Origin: a virus
Taxonomy: Duplodnaviria > Caudoviricetes
Length of the DNA stretch: 43,471 bases
Reading direction: 5' to 3' (one strand)
Virus record (IMG/VR): IMGVR_UViG_3300032261_000021
Location: 1-43,471 of that record
Shown here: one piece after another, positions 15,397 to 25,418 of the stretch
Layout: each line of letters opens with the position of its first letter
Position numbering within the stretch: position 1 is the first letter of the stretch
Translations under genes and position numbers: made by a program
The notes under the pieces: generated by a model
Databases searched by the model: none
What the model saw: only the letters and a program-made list of their open reading frames with translations
What the model was told of the DNA's origin: nothing

Positions 15397-15956
15397 TCGC
15401 CAGAGCATACAGACGGCGAAAGGCGGCAACAGCCGCCAAGCCTCGGGCCAGAAAGAAGCCTGTGAAAGTTAAAAGTGATCTAGGTGATAACTGGGTATAT
15501 GACTCTGCTGAGATAAAGGCCGAGAGACTTCGACTGATAGAAGAACAGGGCGGCATAGACCCAATAACTGGCTTTAAGCTTGTTAGGCCATGCCTCGACC
15601 ATGACCACTTCGAAGGGAGGGTTAGGGGTGTTCTTAGCTCCAAGATCAACCTATTCGAAGGGCAAATCCTTCGGTATTGGCAGAAGCATACTCAGGATCA
15701 TCCGGAGTGGAACTTAACAACTGCGTTGCGTAATATGGCAGACTATCTTGAGAAGGATGTCTCTCATATGAAACTCCACGGAAATTATTTGGAAGATATG
15801 AAGAAGTTCTTATGGCGTTGCACAACGGAGACTATTATCCGTAGAGCAAAAGAGGACTTTAATGTTGATTTAATTACAGATTCTGTTGACAAAGCAAACC
15901 TAATAGGGCAGTATATATTGCTATTGGCTAAACAGGCAGAGGAGAATGACTGGTGA
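15396..15956 (+). CDS. Endonuclease VII-like protein, probable ATC start
   Basis: LDHDHFEGRVRGVL..IN motif; GGAGGT 5 nt before the in-frame ATC at 15396. Confidence 0.8.
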   Translation: MARAYRRRKAATAAKPRARKKPVKVKSDLGDNWVYDSAEIKAERLRLIEEQGGIDPITGFKLVRPCLDHDHFEGRVRGVLSSKINLFEGQILRYWQKHTQDHPEWNLTTALRNMADYLEKDVSHMKLHGNYLEDMKKFLWRCTTETIIRRAKEDFNVDLITDSVDKANLIGQYILLLAKQAEENDW

Positions 15957-16195
15957 CAGAAGAAGAAGGGTTGTATTTTGATAGGAGCCTTGGCTGCGAA
16001 CTTCCATTCTTGGAGTTCGACTATGTGAACTATAAGGGTGAAGCTTCCCGCCGGAAGGTAGAGGGATTGCCTCATTTGTGGTATGGAAGCACTGAGTATC
16101 ATCCAGACCCACAGTGGTTGATGACAGCATTTGATGTAAACAAACAAGCACTACGCGACTTCGCACTATGCGATATTAAATTCTTGTCCAAATAA
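15953..16195 (+). CDS. Stand-alone WYL-like domain protein
   Basis: YVNYKGE..RRKV, QWLMTAFD..KQALRDF. Confidence 0.75.
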   Translation: MTEEEGLYFDRSLGCELPFLEFDYVNYKGEASRRKVEGLPHLWYGSTEYHPDPQWLMTAFDVNKQALRDFALCDIKFLSK

Positions 16196-16204
16196 GGAGT
16201 ATAT

Positions 16205-17179
16205 GTGAATACATTTACCATCGAAGAGATCTTAGACTTAAAGAAACAAGGCTTAAGCAACCGAGCTGTAGCCCGTACTCTAGGCAAAGAGTCGCAAGAA
16301 TCCACAGTGCGTAATATGCTTTCCCGTTATGAAGACCAATACGGCGATAGTCAGATCCGTGGGGAGATGGTACGTTATGCCCGCCCAGATACTGAGGCTC
16401 TTGTTCCGAAAGGTCCACGTGTCCTTATTCTGGATATCGAGACAGCGCCGATTTTAGGGCAGTTGTGGTCACTGTGGCAGCACGGCATCGGCCTTGTTCA
16501 GGTTGACCGAGATTGGTCTGTCCTGTCATACACAGCAAAATGGTTAGGTGAAGACGAGATCTTCTATAACGATCTCCGTAACAACAGCAATATTGAGGAC
16601 GACTACGACCTTATTGAGGATATGTGGCACCTGTTTGACCAAGCGGATTTCATCGTGGGACACAACGTCCGTAAGTTCGATATCCGCAAGATCCGAGCCC
16701 GAATGCTGATCCAAGGCCTACAGCCACCATCAACCTTCCGTGTTATTGACACCTTGGAGATGGCGAAAGCTAACTTTGCATTCACATCTAACAAGTTGGA
16801 ATATCTGACAGATAAGTTGTGTACCAAGTATAAGAAGTCAAAACATGGTAAGTTCTCGGGCCATGAACTGTGGAAGCAGTGCTTGTTGGGTAACATGGAA
16901 GCATGGGAAGAAATGCAGGAGTACAATAAGTTCGACGTTCTTTCCAACGAAGAGCTATTTGAGATCCTGATCCCTTGGGATCGTAAGCTTCCTAACTTCG
17001 ACCTGTATATCGACGACAACACCGATATGTCTGCATGGGAAACCTGTGGGTATCATTATACTAACCTCGGCAAATACCGTCGTTACCGTCATCGTGTTAC
17101 TGGTCAGTTCCGCCGTGGGCGTACTAACCTTCTCTCTAAAGAGAAGCGTAAGAGCTTGCTGGCTAACATCATCGCGTAG
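16205..17179 (+). CDS. HTH plus DnaQ-like 3'-5' exonuclease
   Basis: N-terminal GLSNRAVARTLG; LDIET, GHNVRKFD, YNKFDV. Confidence 0.85.
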   Translation: MNTFTIEEILDLKKQGLSNRAVARTLGKESQESTVRNMLSRYEDQYGDSQIRGEMVRYARPDTEALVPKGPRVLILDIETAPILGQLWSLWQHGIGLVQVDRDWSVLSYTAKWLGEDEIFYNDLRNNSNIEDDYDLIEDMWHLFDQADFIVGHNVRKFDIRKIRARMLIQGLQPPSTFRVIDTLEMAKANFAFTSNKLEYLTDKLCTKYKKSKHGKFSGHELWKQCLLGNMEAWEEMQEYNKFDVLSNEELFEILIPWDRKLPNFDLYIDDNTDMSAWETCGYHYTNLGKYRRYRHRVTGQFRRGRTNLLSKEKRKSLLANIIA

Positions 17180-17190
17180 TATTCAGAGCA

Positions 17191-17214
17191 TAAGGAGCCA
17201 TTTGGCTCCTTTTA
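17191..17214 (+). terminator. Intrinsic terminator
   Basis: AAGGAGCCA-TT-TGGCTCCTT plus T. Confidence 0.7.
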
Positions 17215-17283
17215 TTGTATCTAGGCCTTGATAAGTTTGAATATTCGTGTATCATATTGATAACTTGGTGGAGAGGAGAGAGT

Positions 17284-17943
17284 ATGAGTAAATCAGTTAC
17301 GGTTGTTACTTTAAATGGTCCTGCTGGTTCTGGTAAAGATGCGATTTGTGAGCAAATGCGTTTAGATTCTCTGAGTAATGGTTCTGTGTTTGTCCATTTA
17401 GAGATTAAGGCGTTCTTGTTCAACGTAGCACTGAAGACAAGCGGCCTCAGCAAGAAGCTATGGGAAGCCCTGTACGAGCGTGAATATAAAGAAGTTCCAA
17501 CGCCATACCTTCAGGTTAATGGTAAGCATGTAAGCCCGCGACAGTGGATGATCCATTGCTCTGAGAATGTAATCAAACCATTATTCGGTGACACAGCTTT
17601 CGGTGATGCTGCGGCCCGCGATTTGCAGAAGGTTGTTGATGCTTATGCTGATGATGATCGTGATCTGGTGATTGGATTCTCTGATGGAGGTTTCCCTATG
17701 GAGTCTCTACCACTGATGAAGGTTGTTGGTGATCAGAATTACTTCATTTGCCGTTTGCACCGAGAAGTCCCTGATCAGGCGGGTGTTAACTACAGCTTTG
17801 CGGGAGACAGCCGTTCGTATCTGTATCCAAAAGATTTTGAGGGGACAGGCCACATGCCTAACTTCGTTGACATCCAAAACATCAATGGGGCGATAGAGGT
17901 AACAAGCCAGAAAATATATCAATTAACCAAAGAGTTAGGTTGA
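17284..17943 (+). CDS. Deoxynucleoside monophosphate kinase
   Basis: LNGPAGSGKD P-loop; SPRQW, SDGGF, DSR. Confidence 0.8.
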   Translation: MSKSVTVVTLNGPAGSGKDAICEQMRLDSLSNGSVFVHLEIKAFLFNVALKTSGLSKKLWEALYEREYKEVPTPYLQVNGKHVSPRQWMIHCSENVIKPLFGDTAFGDAAARDLQKVVDAYADDDRDLVIGFSDGGFPMESLPLMKVVGDQNYFICRLHREVPDQAGVNYSFAGDSRSYLYPKDFEGTGHMPNFVDIQNINGAIEVTSQKIYQLTKELG

Positions 17944-18131
17944 TGGATTCGCTGGAGGAGTGTATACTCCGTGCTGTTAAGGGTCTTGAGCGTAAAGGAA
18001 TAGACCCTACAAAAACAAATGTGTTCCAGTACATGATGTATGGTGGCATATTTAAGAAGGATTGGTCAGAAGTAGAATTGAACAAAATAAACCATTACGT
18101 AGATATTTACCGAGGAGATAAAGATGAGTAA
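17940..18131 (+). CDS. Hypothetical protein
   Basis: Coupled short ORF. Confidence 0.6.
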   Translation: MMDSLEECILRAVKGLERKGIDPTKTNVFQYMMYGGIFKKDWSEVELNKINHYVDIYRGDKDE

Positions 18132-18723
18132 GATGCCTATCGCGATTGACGTGGATCTGGTTGTATATGACTCAGGTAGTGAGTGGATGAGCTGGTTGGC
18201 GCGTGTCTATGGTAAAGCACCAAACATTATCGGGGTGCATGGCGAAGGTCCAGTGGATCAGTTGAAATATAACCTGACCAAATACTTCCCAACGCCGCCG
18301 TGCGATAACAGCGTTAAGCCTTTCGACTTTTGGGAAGATCCTTACCTGTACGACAAACTTAAGCCGATTGCTGGCTGTGTTGAAGCTGTAAAACGAATGC
18401 ATGAAGCGGGCCACCCGATCTACTTCGTCAGCCACTGTAAGAAAGGACATTACAGCTCTAAGGTTCGGAGCTTGAAGCGTGACTTCCCATTCTTAGACCT
18501 TGAGGTTGGTAAAGATGGGTTCTACGCGACAAAGAATAAGGGTGGTGTACGTGCAGGAGCACTGATCGATGACCGTAACTCGTTCCTTAACCAAACGGCA
18601 GAAGACGTTCTGCGTGTACGATTCAAGACAGTATACGACCAAGACGCTGAGCTTTCACAGCCTCTTGATATGGACAGCAATGACTGGAGCGAAATTGCGG
18701 ACTTCGTAATTGACATGTTATGA
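18124..18723 (+). CDS. HAD-family 5'(3')-deoxyribonucleotidase-like protein
   Basis: IAIDVDLV and LIDDR motifs. Confidence 0.8.
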   Translation: MSKMPIAIDVDLVVYDSGSEWMSWLARVYGKAPNIIGVHGEGPVDQLKYNLTKYFPTPPCDNSVKPFDFWEDPYLYDKLKPIAGCVEAVKRMHEAGHPIYFVSHCKKGHYSSKVRSLKRDFPFLDLEVGKDGFYATKNKGGVRAGALIDDRNSFLNQTAEDVLRVRFKTVYDQDAELSQPLDMDSNDWSEIADFVIDML

Positions 18724-18905
18724 AATGTCGGAAAGGTGACTGGGTGATCCTCTACCATGATTGGGTAGAGATCATCAACGAGGGTGGAGACATCCTCGGT
18801 TCCTTCATCGCAAGGAGCAATATGTGCAAGGCAGAACTTGATCGCTATGTTCGTATGAACTTAGACGTATCAGAAGAATACAGAATAAAAAGGAGAAGCA
18901 ATTGA
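18720..18905 (+). CDS. Hypothetical protein
   Basis: Coupled short ORF. Confidence 0.55.
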   Translation: MKCRKGDWVILYHDWVEIINEGGDILGSFIARSNMCKAELDRYVRMNLDVSEEYRIKRRSN

Positions 18906-19882
18906 TTAAAGAATTACATGGTAAATCAAACATTATCGTTAAGGTTATCGCTGACTCAATCTCTGGTGTTGACGTTCGACTCACAACTTTCGAGTTGACC
19001 TATCCTCGAATGATCCACAGCGAGTTAATGACTCACCGACTGTTTAGCCGAAACGCCATGTCTAGCCGTGCAGTTCCTATCAAGACAATGATCGATCTTG
19101 TCCGGACAGCGCCAGCTAAACCTGTGGAGTGGGGTAAGAACAATGCAGGTATGCAATCAAAATCTCTTCTGGATCCGGAGATGGCTCAGTATGTTGAGTC
19201 CGAGTGGGAAACAGCCGCCGCTAACGCCGCCAGATCTGCGGCATTGATGGACACATACGGGGCACACAAGCAGATCGCTAACCGTCTACTTGAACCGTTC
19301 CAGATGATGCGTACAATCCTTACGGCGACTGACTTTGCAAACTTCTTCTGGCTGCGTGTAGACGCTGATGCGGATCCTACGATCAAGGAAGTTGCAACAT
19401 TGATGCATGAGTTGTATAAGACCCATGAACCGGAGACATTAGAGAATGGTCAATGGCATACGCCATACGTAGATCACTACTATGACCAAAATGATGACGG
19501 TACATTGACGTTCGCCGGATATTGTGTTGACAACACACCAGAGGATATTGAACTTGGGGCGGGGCCATACAAGCTGCTGACTCAGGAAGAGGCATTGGGC
19601 ATCTCCGCATCATGTTGCGCTCAGGTAAGCTACCGCCGACTGGATAGCACAAAGGACAAGGCGCTCAGTATCTATGAACGACTGCTGTCTGGGAATAAGG
19701 TCCATGCGTCACCTTTTGAACATCAAGCCACGCCGATGAGAGAAACTGAAGATCCGATGTGCTCAGATGATTGGGATGCTGGCACAACACACGTTGACAT
19801 CAATGGTGAGCGTTGGTCTGGTAACTTGCGTGAGTGGGTTCAGCACCGACAATTGCTACCGAATAATGTAATCGGTGGTTGA
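18902..19882 (+). CDS. thyX: Flavin-dependent thymidylate synthase
   Basis: ELMTHRLFSRNAMSSR and HASPFEH. Confidence 0.9.
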   Translation: MIKELHGKSNIIVKVIADSISGVDVRLTTFELTYPRMIHSELMTHRLFSRNAMSSRAVPIKTMIDLVRTAPAKPVEWGKNNAGMQSKSLLDPEMAQYVESEWETAAANAARSAALMDTYGAHKQIANRLLEPFQMMRTILTATDFANFFWLRVDADADPTIKEVATLMHELYKTHEPETLENGQWHTPYVDHYYDQNDDGTLTFAGYCVDNTPEDIELGAGPYKLLTQEEALGISASCCAQVSYRRLDSTKDKALSIYERLLSGNKVHASPFEHQATPMRETEDPMCSDDWDAGTTHVDINGERWSGNLREWVQHRQLLPNNVIGG

Positions 19883-19943
19883 CAAACAACATAGTAATCT
19901 GTAGAATAAATAGCTCAAATCGGGGAGCTAAAATGCTCCCCGA
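19879..19943 (+). promoter_or_regulatory. Promoter plus 5' hairpin
   Basis: TTGACA-17nt-TAGAAT, then TCGGGGAGC-N6-GCTCCCCGA. Confidence 0.7.
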
Positions 19944-19965
19944 ATCTTTCATAAAGGAGAATCAA

Positions 19966-20421
19966 ATGGCTTTAATCAAGAAAACCAACGTAGACATCGC
20001 AGTGACCATCGACTTCTTGCGAACTATCCCTGACTTCGATATCAAAATTGAATCACAACTCGCTGCCGCCCTCTACGCAATTGGTTTCCAGTCGGTAGAT
20101 GAAGATCTGAAGCCAGCGCGTGTTGAACGTACACTTTGTAATGTTCGCCTACGTAATGCCCCTTATAAGTACCGTGAAACACTGGTCTTCTCCGGAAAAA
20201 TGCGTGAAGACTTTAAGTATGCATCCATCTATGAAGGCCACGACATTCTAGATGTTGCAGTGTACACGGGAGTTTCTTTCGAGACAGGTGGTCTTAAGTT
20301 TGACATCCCTGTCTTGGAGAAAGCAAACACTCGAAAATATACCCGCCGTGAAGATCGAGAGAATTTCATCGACATGACTCAGGCGAACCTCGACGTATTA
20401 TCTGAAATTATGGGAGAATAA
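19966..20421 (+). CDS. Hypothetical protein
   Basis: Start moved to the ATG after AAGGAG (MALIKK). Confidence 0.75.
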   Translation: MALIKKTNVDIAVTIDFLRTIPDFDIKIESQLAAALYAIGFQSVDEDLKPARVERTLCNVRLRNAPYKYRETLVFSGKMREDFKYASIYEGHDILDVAVYTGVSFETGGLKFDIPVLEKANTRKYTRREDRENFIDMTQANLDVLSEIMGE

Positions 20422-20425
20422 CTAT

Positions 20426-20614
20426 ATGACTGACCAAGTTAACGCTGTTGCAATGCCTAAGTGGGAAGCTTTGGGTTTCACTGACAAACATCACTACGTT
20501 GGCTGGTTACAGTTTAACGATCTGGCAGATGAGAGTATGGGTTTTGATGACACATACAAAGACGAGTACACAGGGAAGACAGTACGTCTGGGCAAAGAAG
20601 TAACCGTACACTAA
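20426..20614 (+). CDS. Hypothetical protein
   Basis: SD GGAG. Confidence 0.7.
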   Translation: MTDQVNAVAMPKWEALGFTDKHHYVGWLQFNDLADESMGFDDTYKDEYTGKTVRLGKEVTVH

Positions 20615-20633
20615 TTAAAATAAGGGGTATAAA

Positions 20634-22883
20634 TTGAGTATTCAGGTAATCAAGGCAAATGGTAGTAAAGAAGAGTTTATGGCTGAGAAGGCCAACAAGG
20701 TAGTTATTTGGGCGGGTGAAGAACTAGATGTATGCCCTTCCGATGTTTTGATGCGAGCTAAGATCCAACTGGTTGATGGTATGCGGACCTCTGATATCCA
20801 CGACATGCTGATCAAGTCAGCTGCCGACCTTATCTCCGCCGAAGAGCCTGATTACCAGATCCTTGCAGGTCGTCTACTGTTGTTCAAACTACGTAAACAG
20901 GCCTTTGGTACTTTCGAGCCGCCGCGCCTGTATGACCATGTTGTAAAGATGGTAGCCGCCGGACGTTATGATAAACACTTGCTGGAGGACTATACAGAAG
21001 AAGAGTTCGACCAAGTTGATAGCCGAATCGACCACGATCTGGATCTAAACTACGCATATGCAGCTATGCGTCAGTGGCAATCCAAGTACCTTGTTAAGGA
21101 CCGTGTAACAGAAGCTATTTTCGAGAGTCCTCAGATTGCTTTGGCATTGATCTCCATGTGCTTACATGCAAATGAAGAAAAGACTGCCAAGCGTATGTAC
21201 CACGTTTACGATATGTACCACGCCGTTGCTGGAATGGAGATCTCTCTTCCTACTCCGATCATGGCGGGTGTTCGAACACCAACTCGTCAGTTCAGTTCTT
21301 GCGTACTGATCGAAGCAGGTGATGATATTAGTCAGATCTTTGCTGCCAGTGAAGCACAAGGCAAATATGCCGCACAACGTGCAGGTATCGGCCTAAACTT
21401 CGGGGCTATTCGAGGGAAAGGGGCCCCTATCCGAGGCGGTGAGGTAAAACATGCGGGAACCGTGCCGATTGTATCAATGTATCAGGCATCGCTTGGTTGG
21501 ACATCTCAGGGCGGTCTGCGTAAGGCTTCCGCTACTTACTTCTACCCGATGTGGCACTGGGATTTTGAAGAGCTGATTGTCCTTAAGAATAACCGAGGAA
21601 CAGAAGAGACACGTGTTCGCCATGTTGACTACGGCTTGCAATTGAACAAGTTGATGTATAAGCGTCTTCAGACTGGAGGTAAAATCTCCCTGTTCCATCC
21701 GAACGTGGCGGGAGGTGAACTTTACCGACTCTTCTTTGAAGATCAGGATGGATTTGAGGCGTTGTATACTAAGCTTGAAAAGGATCCTACGGTTCCACGA
21801 AAAGAGATCGATGCATTGGAAGCTTTCTCTGTTACAGCGCAGGAGCGTACACAGACTGGACGTATTTATATCCAACACGTTGACCACTGTAACACGAATA
21901 GCCCGTTCAATCCGATATTGGCAGCTATCCGACAGTCAAACCTGTGCATGGAGATTGCCCTGCCAACCACATTGTTGCGTAACATTAACGATGAGGATGG
22001 TGAAATTGCACTGTGTACACTGTCTGCCTTCAACTTGGGCAAGATTGAAGATTACTCGGATATGGAACGACTGGCAGAGATCTCTGTACGAGGGCTAGAT
22101 AACCTGTTAAGCTATCAGAACTACCCTGTACTGGCGGCACGGAAGACACTTAAGCGCCGAACTCTGGGTATTGGCTGGACAAACTTGGCTTACTATCTTG
22201 CTAAGCGCGGATTGAAGTATTCTGATGGAAGTGCCAACAACGAAGTACACCGTTTGGCGGAGGCATTCCAGTTCTACTTGTTGAAGGCTTCAAAGAATCT
22301 GGCAAAAGAGCGTGGACGCTGTGAGTATTACGATCAGACATCCTACTCACAAGGTATTCTACCTATTGACCGATACAAGAAGGACGTAGATGCTCTGCAT
22401 ACTCAGGAACTACGTTACGATTGGGAATATCTGCGAAAAGAGATCGCAATTCATGGACTTCGAAACTCCACACTGTCAACTATGATGCCGTGTGAAACAT
22501 CAAGCCAGATTACGAACTCAACAAACGGTGTGGAGCCGCCACGAAGCCTTTCTTCATACAAAGGTGCATTGCCTCAGGTAGTCCCTGATGTGCAAAACCT
22601 TCGGGAGGTATACGAGTGTAAGTGGGACATGCCTAACCCACGTGGGTATCTGAACCTGATGGCGATCATTCAGAAGTTTATTGACCAGTCGCTCTCTACC
22701 AACGTGCCTTATAAGCCTTGGGAGTTCCCTCTGGGCCAACTACCGATGAAAGAGGTCATTAAGGATATGATGTACGCCTACAAGATTGGTCTGAAGACGC
22801 TGTACTATCAAGAAACAAAGGACAGCATCGACGCTGAGGAAGTGGAGGACGATTCATGTGGAAGTGGTGCTTGCAAGCTGTAA
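20634..22883 (+). CDS. nrdA: Ribonucleotide reductase class Ia alpha subunit
   Basis: ATP cone, QFSSC, QSNLCMEI, CTL, TLYY, C-terminal CGSGAC. Confidence 0.98.
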   Translation: MSIQVIKANGSKEEFMAEKANKVVIWAGEELDVCPSDVLMRAKIQLVDGMRTSDIHDMLIKSAADLISAEEPDYQILAGRLLLFKLRKQAFGTFEPPRLYDHVVKMVAAGRYDKHLLEDYTEEEFDQVDSRIDHDLDLNYAYAAMRQWQSKYLVKDRVTEAIFESPQIALALISMCLHANEEKTAKRMYHVYDMYHAVAGMEISLPTPIMAGVRTPTRQFSSCVLIEAGDDISQIFAASEAQGKYAAQRAGIGLNFGAIRGKGAPIRGGEVKHAGTVPIVSMYQASLGWTSQGGLRKASATYFYPMWHWDFEELIVLKNNRGTEETRVRHVDYGLQLNKLMYKRLQTGGKISLFHPNVAGGELYRLFFEDQDGFEALYTKLEKDPTVPRKEIDALEAFSVTAQERTQTGRIYIQHVDHCNTNSPFNPILAAIRQSNLCMEIALPTTLLRNINDEDGEIALCTLSAFNLGKIEDYSDMERLAEISVRGLDNLLSYQNYPVLAARKTLKRRTLGIGWTNLAYYLAKRGLKYSDGSANNEVHRLAEAFQFYLLKASKNLAKERGRCEYYDQTSYSQGILPIDRYKKDVDALHTQELRYDWEYLRKEIAIHGLRNSTLSTMMPCETSSQITNSTNGVEPPRSLSSYKGALPQVVPDVQNLREVYECKWDMPNPRGYLNLMAIIQKFIDQSLSTNVPYKPWEFPLGQLPMKEVIKDMMYAYKIGLKTLYYQETKDSIDAEEVEDDSCGSGACKL

Positions 22884-23047
22884 ACCTGCTCAGGTGGTTC
22901 TTATTTCGACGATGGAAATTTAAACGTTGGACAAAGGACCTTGATAAGGAACCTCTGGTTGGTAACATGTACCGTTGCAATATTGCTAAGTGCCTGACAT
23001 ATCCGGTTATCTACAGGGATATTGTAAGGATTATGAGTAAATAACTG

Positions 23048-23073
23048 AAGCCACCCCTTCGGGGGTGGTTTTT
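23048..23073 (+). terminator. Intrinsic terminator
   Basis: GCCACCCC-TTCG-GGGGTGGT plus T tract. Confidence 0.88.
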
Positions 23074-23094
23074 CTGTTCATACTGAAATACTTA

Positions 23095-23123
23095 TTGACA
23101 GAGCATTTCATTATGATTAGAAT
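23095..23123 (+). promoter_or_regulatory. nrdB promoter
   Basis: TTGACA-17nt-TAGAAT. Confidence 0.75.
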
Positions 23124-23150
23124 ACCTGAACTAACACAAAAGGAGAGAAC

Positions 23151-24251
23151 ATGTCATACACCACTTTCAACCGTAACGAGTTCAACTTCATGGACCAGCC
23201 GATGTTCTTCGGTGAGGGCGTAAACACTGCCCGCTTTGATCAGCAAAAGCATCCAAAGTTTGAAAAGCTTACCGACACACAGTTAGCCTTCTTCTGGCGT
23301 CCTCAGGAAATTAACGTTCAGAAAGATGCTGCCGAGTTCCAAGATCTTCCGGCACATGAACAACATATCTTTATCAGTAACCTGAAGTACCAGACACTGC
23401 TGGATTCTATTCAGGGCCGTAGCCCAACAACAGTTCTGCTACCAATTGTTTCTGACCCTGCGTTGGAGAACTGGATCGAAACTTGGGCGTTCTCTGAAAC
23501 TATCCACAGTCGTTCATACACACATATCCTGCGTGGGATCTTTACAGAGCCGTCTATCATCCTTGATGATATTCCTCGTAACGAGTTCATCATGAAACGT
23601 GCAGAGTCAGTAACTGCATTGTACGATGAGTTGTATCTGATGAATGCCCGCAAACATTGCGGATTACCAGTGGATAAGTATGCCCATGCACGTCTGCTTT
23701 ATCTGTGTATGCACAGCATTAATGCCCTAGAGGCAATCCGATTCTATGTGAGCTTTGCATGTTCTTTTGCGTTCGCAGAACGTGGTATTATGATCGGTAA
23801 CTCTAAGATCATCAAGCTTATCGCCCGCGATGAAGCGTTGCATATGTCCGGCACTCAGTATATCTTACGTGAGATGCAGTCTGGACGGGAGGGTGACTTA
23901 ATGGCCCGTGTAGCTGAGGATTGTGCAGAAGAGGCTTCGGATATCTTCATGACAGCTTCTGTTCAAGAAAAAGAGTGGGCCAGCGATTACCTGTTCAAAG
24001 ACGGATCAATGGTAGGTCTAAATAAGGAGATCCTAGGTGTATACATTGATCATCTGACTGACCAACGTATGCGGGCTGCTGGTTTGGATTCTGTATTCAA
24101 GAAACCTATCAAATCTCCGTTCCCGTGGATCAACAAGTACCTGAATAATGATGCCGTTCAGGAGACACCTCAGGAAGGTGAAACTGGTCAGTATCTGACT
24201 GGGCAGGTTGATACTGCTATGGACAAAGAAGATTTCGCATTTGATTTATAA
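23151..24251 (+). CDS. nrdB: Ribonucleotide reductase class Ia beta subunit
   Basis: FFWRP, QTLLDSIQGR, ETIHSRSY, EAIRFY, DEALH. Confidence 0.98.
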   Translation: MSYTTFNRNEFNFMDQPMFFGEGVNTARFDQQKHPKFEKLTDTQLAFFWRPQEINVQKDAAEFQDLPAHEQHIFISNLKYQTLLDSIQGRSPTTVLLPIVSDPALENWIETWAFSETIHSRSYTHILRGIFTEPSIILDDIPRNEFIMKRAESVTALYDELYLMNARKHCGLPVDKYAHARLLYLCMHSINALEAIRFYVSFACSFAFAERGIMIGNSKIIKLIARDEALHMSGTQYILREMQSGREGDLMARVAEDCAEEASDIFMTASVQEKEWASDYLFKDGSMVGLNKEILGVYIDHLTDQRMRAAGLDSVFKKPIKSPFPWINKYLNNDAVQETPQEGETGQYLTGQVDTAMDKEDFAFDL

Positions 24252-24260
24252 GGTGGTTTT

Positions 24261-24575
24261 ATGTTTATTGTTTATGGACGTGATAACTGTAAGTATTGTA
24301 CAAAAGCAAAAGAGCTCCTTACCGAGCTGGGTTTAGATTTCAAGTATATTGATGTTGTGGCCTCACAGGCCGATAACTTATTTATGCAGAGACATGTCAT
24401 TCGGGCTACCGGAGAGATGGCTAGAACTGTACCCCAGATATTCTCGGTGACGACAATCTCAGGAGGGTCAATCCACATTGGAGGTTATGACAACCTTCGG
24501 GAAATATTGCTGCATGATGGGTACATTAAGGCCGATGAGGTCAAGGATACCGACAGTTTCCAAATGGATCTTTGA
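24261..24575 (+). CDS. Glutaredoxin
   Basis: CKYC, TVPQIF, HIGGY. Confidence 0.92.
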   Translation: MFIVYGRDNCKYCTKAKELLTELGLDFKYIDVVASQADNLFMQRHVIRATGEMARTVPQIFSVTTISGGSIHIGGYDNLREILLHDGYIKADEVKDTDSFQMDL

Positions 24576-24648
24576 AACAAGTGCAGTGTTGGAATTGGGC
24601 GCTATCCATGATAAGGTAATATAACCATATCGACAAAGAGGGATTATT

Positions 24649-25038
24649 ATGTTGTCAGAAAGACTGAATTTCGAGGTGGTAGACCCTTCCTCACTGTGCG
24701 TGTGGGATCTTAACGTCTTTGCAGGTGAACTTCTTGGATACCTAACAGAGGATTCTAGCGGGACACCTGTTATTAAAGATCTTGGAGAAGACGGTGAGTG
24801 GGAGTTGATTGACGTATACCTGCCGACGGATCACGGAAGGCTTATGTGGCTTGTTGACGGGTACAAAGTAAACCTTAACTGGGTGGAAGAATACGATGGT
24901 GTGTACCTGAAGGCTTCCTTGCTTTCAGGTTGCGACTATTTCGAGTCTAAATCCAACGACGGTATGAGGGCAATCCTCGACGTGGTAGTTAAATTCTTGA
25001 TGTTTAAACAGGAGAAACAAGATGGCAGTATTAACTGA
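24649..25038 (+). CDS. Hypothetical protein
   Basis: ORF with SD. Confidence 0.7.
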   Translation: MLSERLNFEVVDPSSLCVWDLNVFAGELLGYLTEDSSGTPVIKDLGEDGEWELIDVYLPTDHGRLMWLVDGYKVNLNWVEEYDGVYLKASLLSGCDYFESKSNDGMRAILDVVVKFLMFKQEKQDGSIN

Positions 25039-25411
25039 GCATGAAGCGTTATTGAAGCGAGTTGGCGAATTGGTGGCAGAGGATTCGATCCGTTCAATCA
25101 TTGATGAGACAGCTAATCTGGTTAACTTCCTTACTGAGGTTAATGAAGATGTGATCACTGAGAACAAGGAAGGCCTAGCTAAAGCACAATCCCAGCTGGC
25201 GGCTTTCCAATCACAAGACTACAAATCAGCGGTTGAACTGTTGGTGTGTGAAAGCTTCTCTGGTCTTGACGACAATCAGTTGAGAAAGTCGATTGAGAAT
25301 CTGGAGTTGAACCGTGCCCTTAACAAAGCCTACATGGCTATGGAGATGCGACTCGAAACACTGAGCAATGACTTTGTTAACGGGGACTATGTTAAACCAG
25401 TGGTACACTAG
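25022..25411 (+). CDS. Hypothetical helical protein
   Basis: ORF, SD AGGAG. Confidence 0.7.
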   Translation: MAVLTEHEALLKRVGELVAEDSIRSIIDETANLVNFLTEVNEDVITENKEGLAKAQSQLAAFQSQDYKSAVELLVCESFSGLDDNQLRKSIENLELNRALNKAYMAMEMRLETLSNDFVNGDYVKPVVH

Positions 25412-25418
25412 GAGATTT

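Noticed and set aside
22856-23044. 62-aa ORF after nrdA
   Set aside because: Possible but start and SD are unclear and it overlaps nrdA; not supported enough to call
20634-24251. Introns or inteins in nrdA/nrdB
   Set aside because: Both frames are continuous and of normal length
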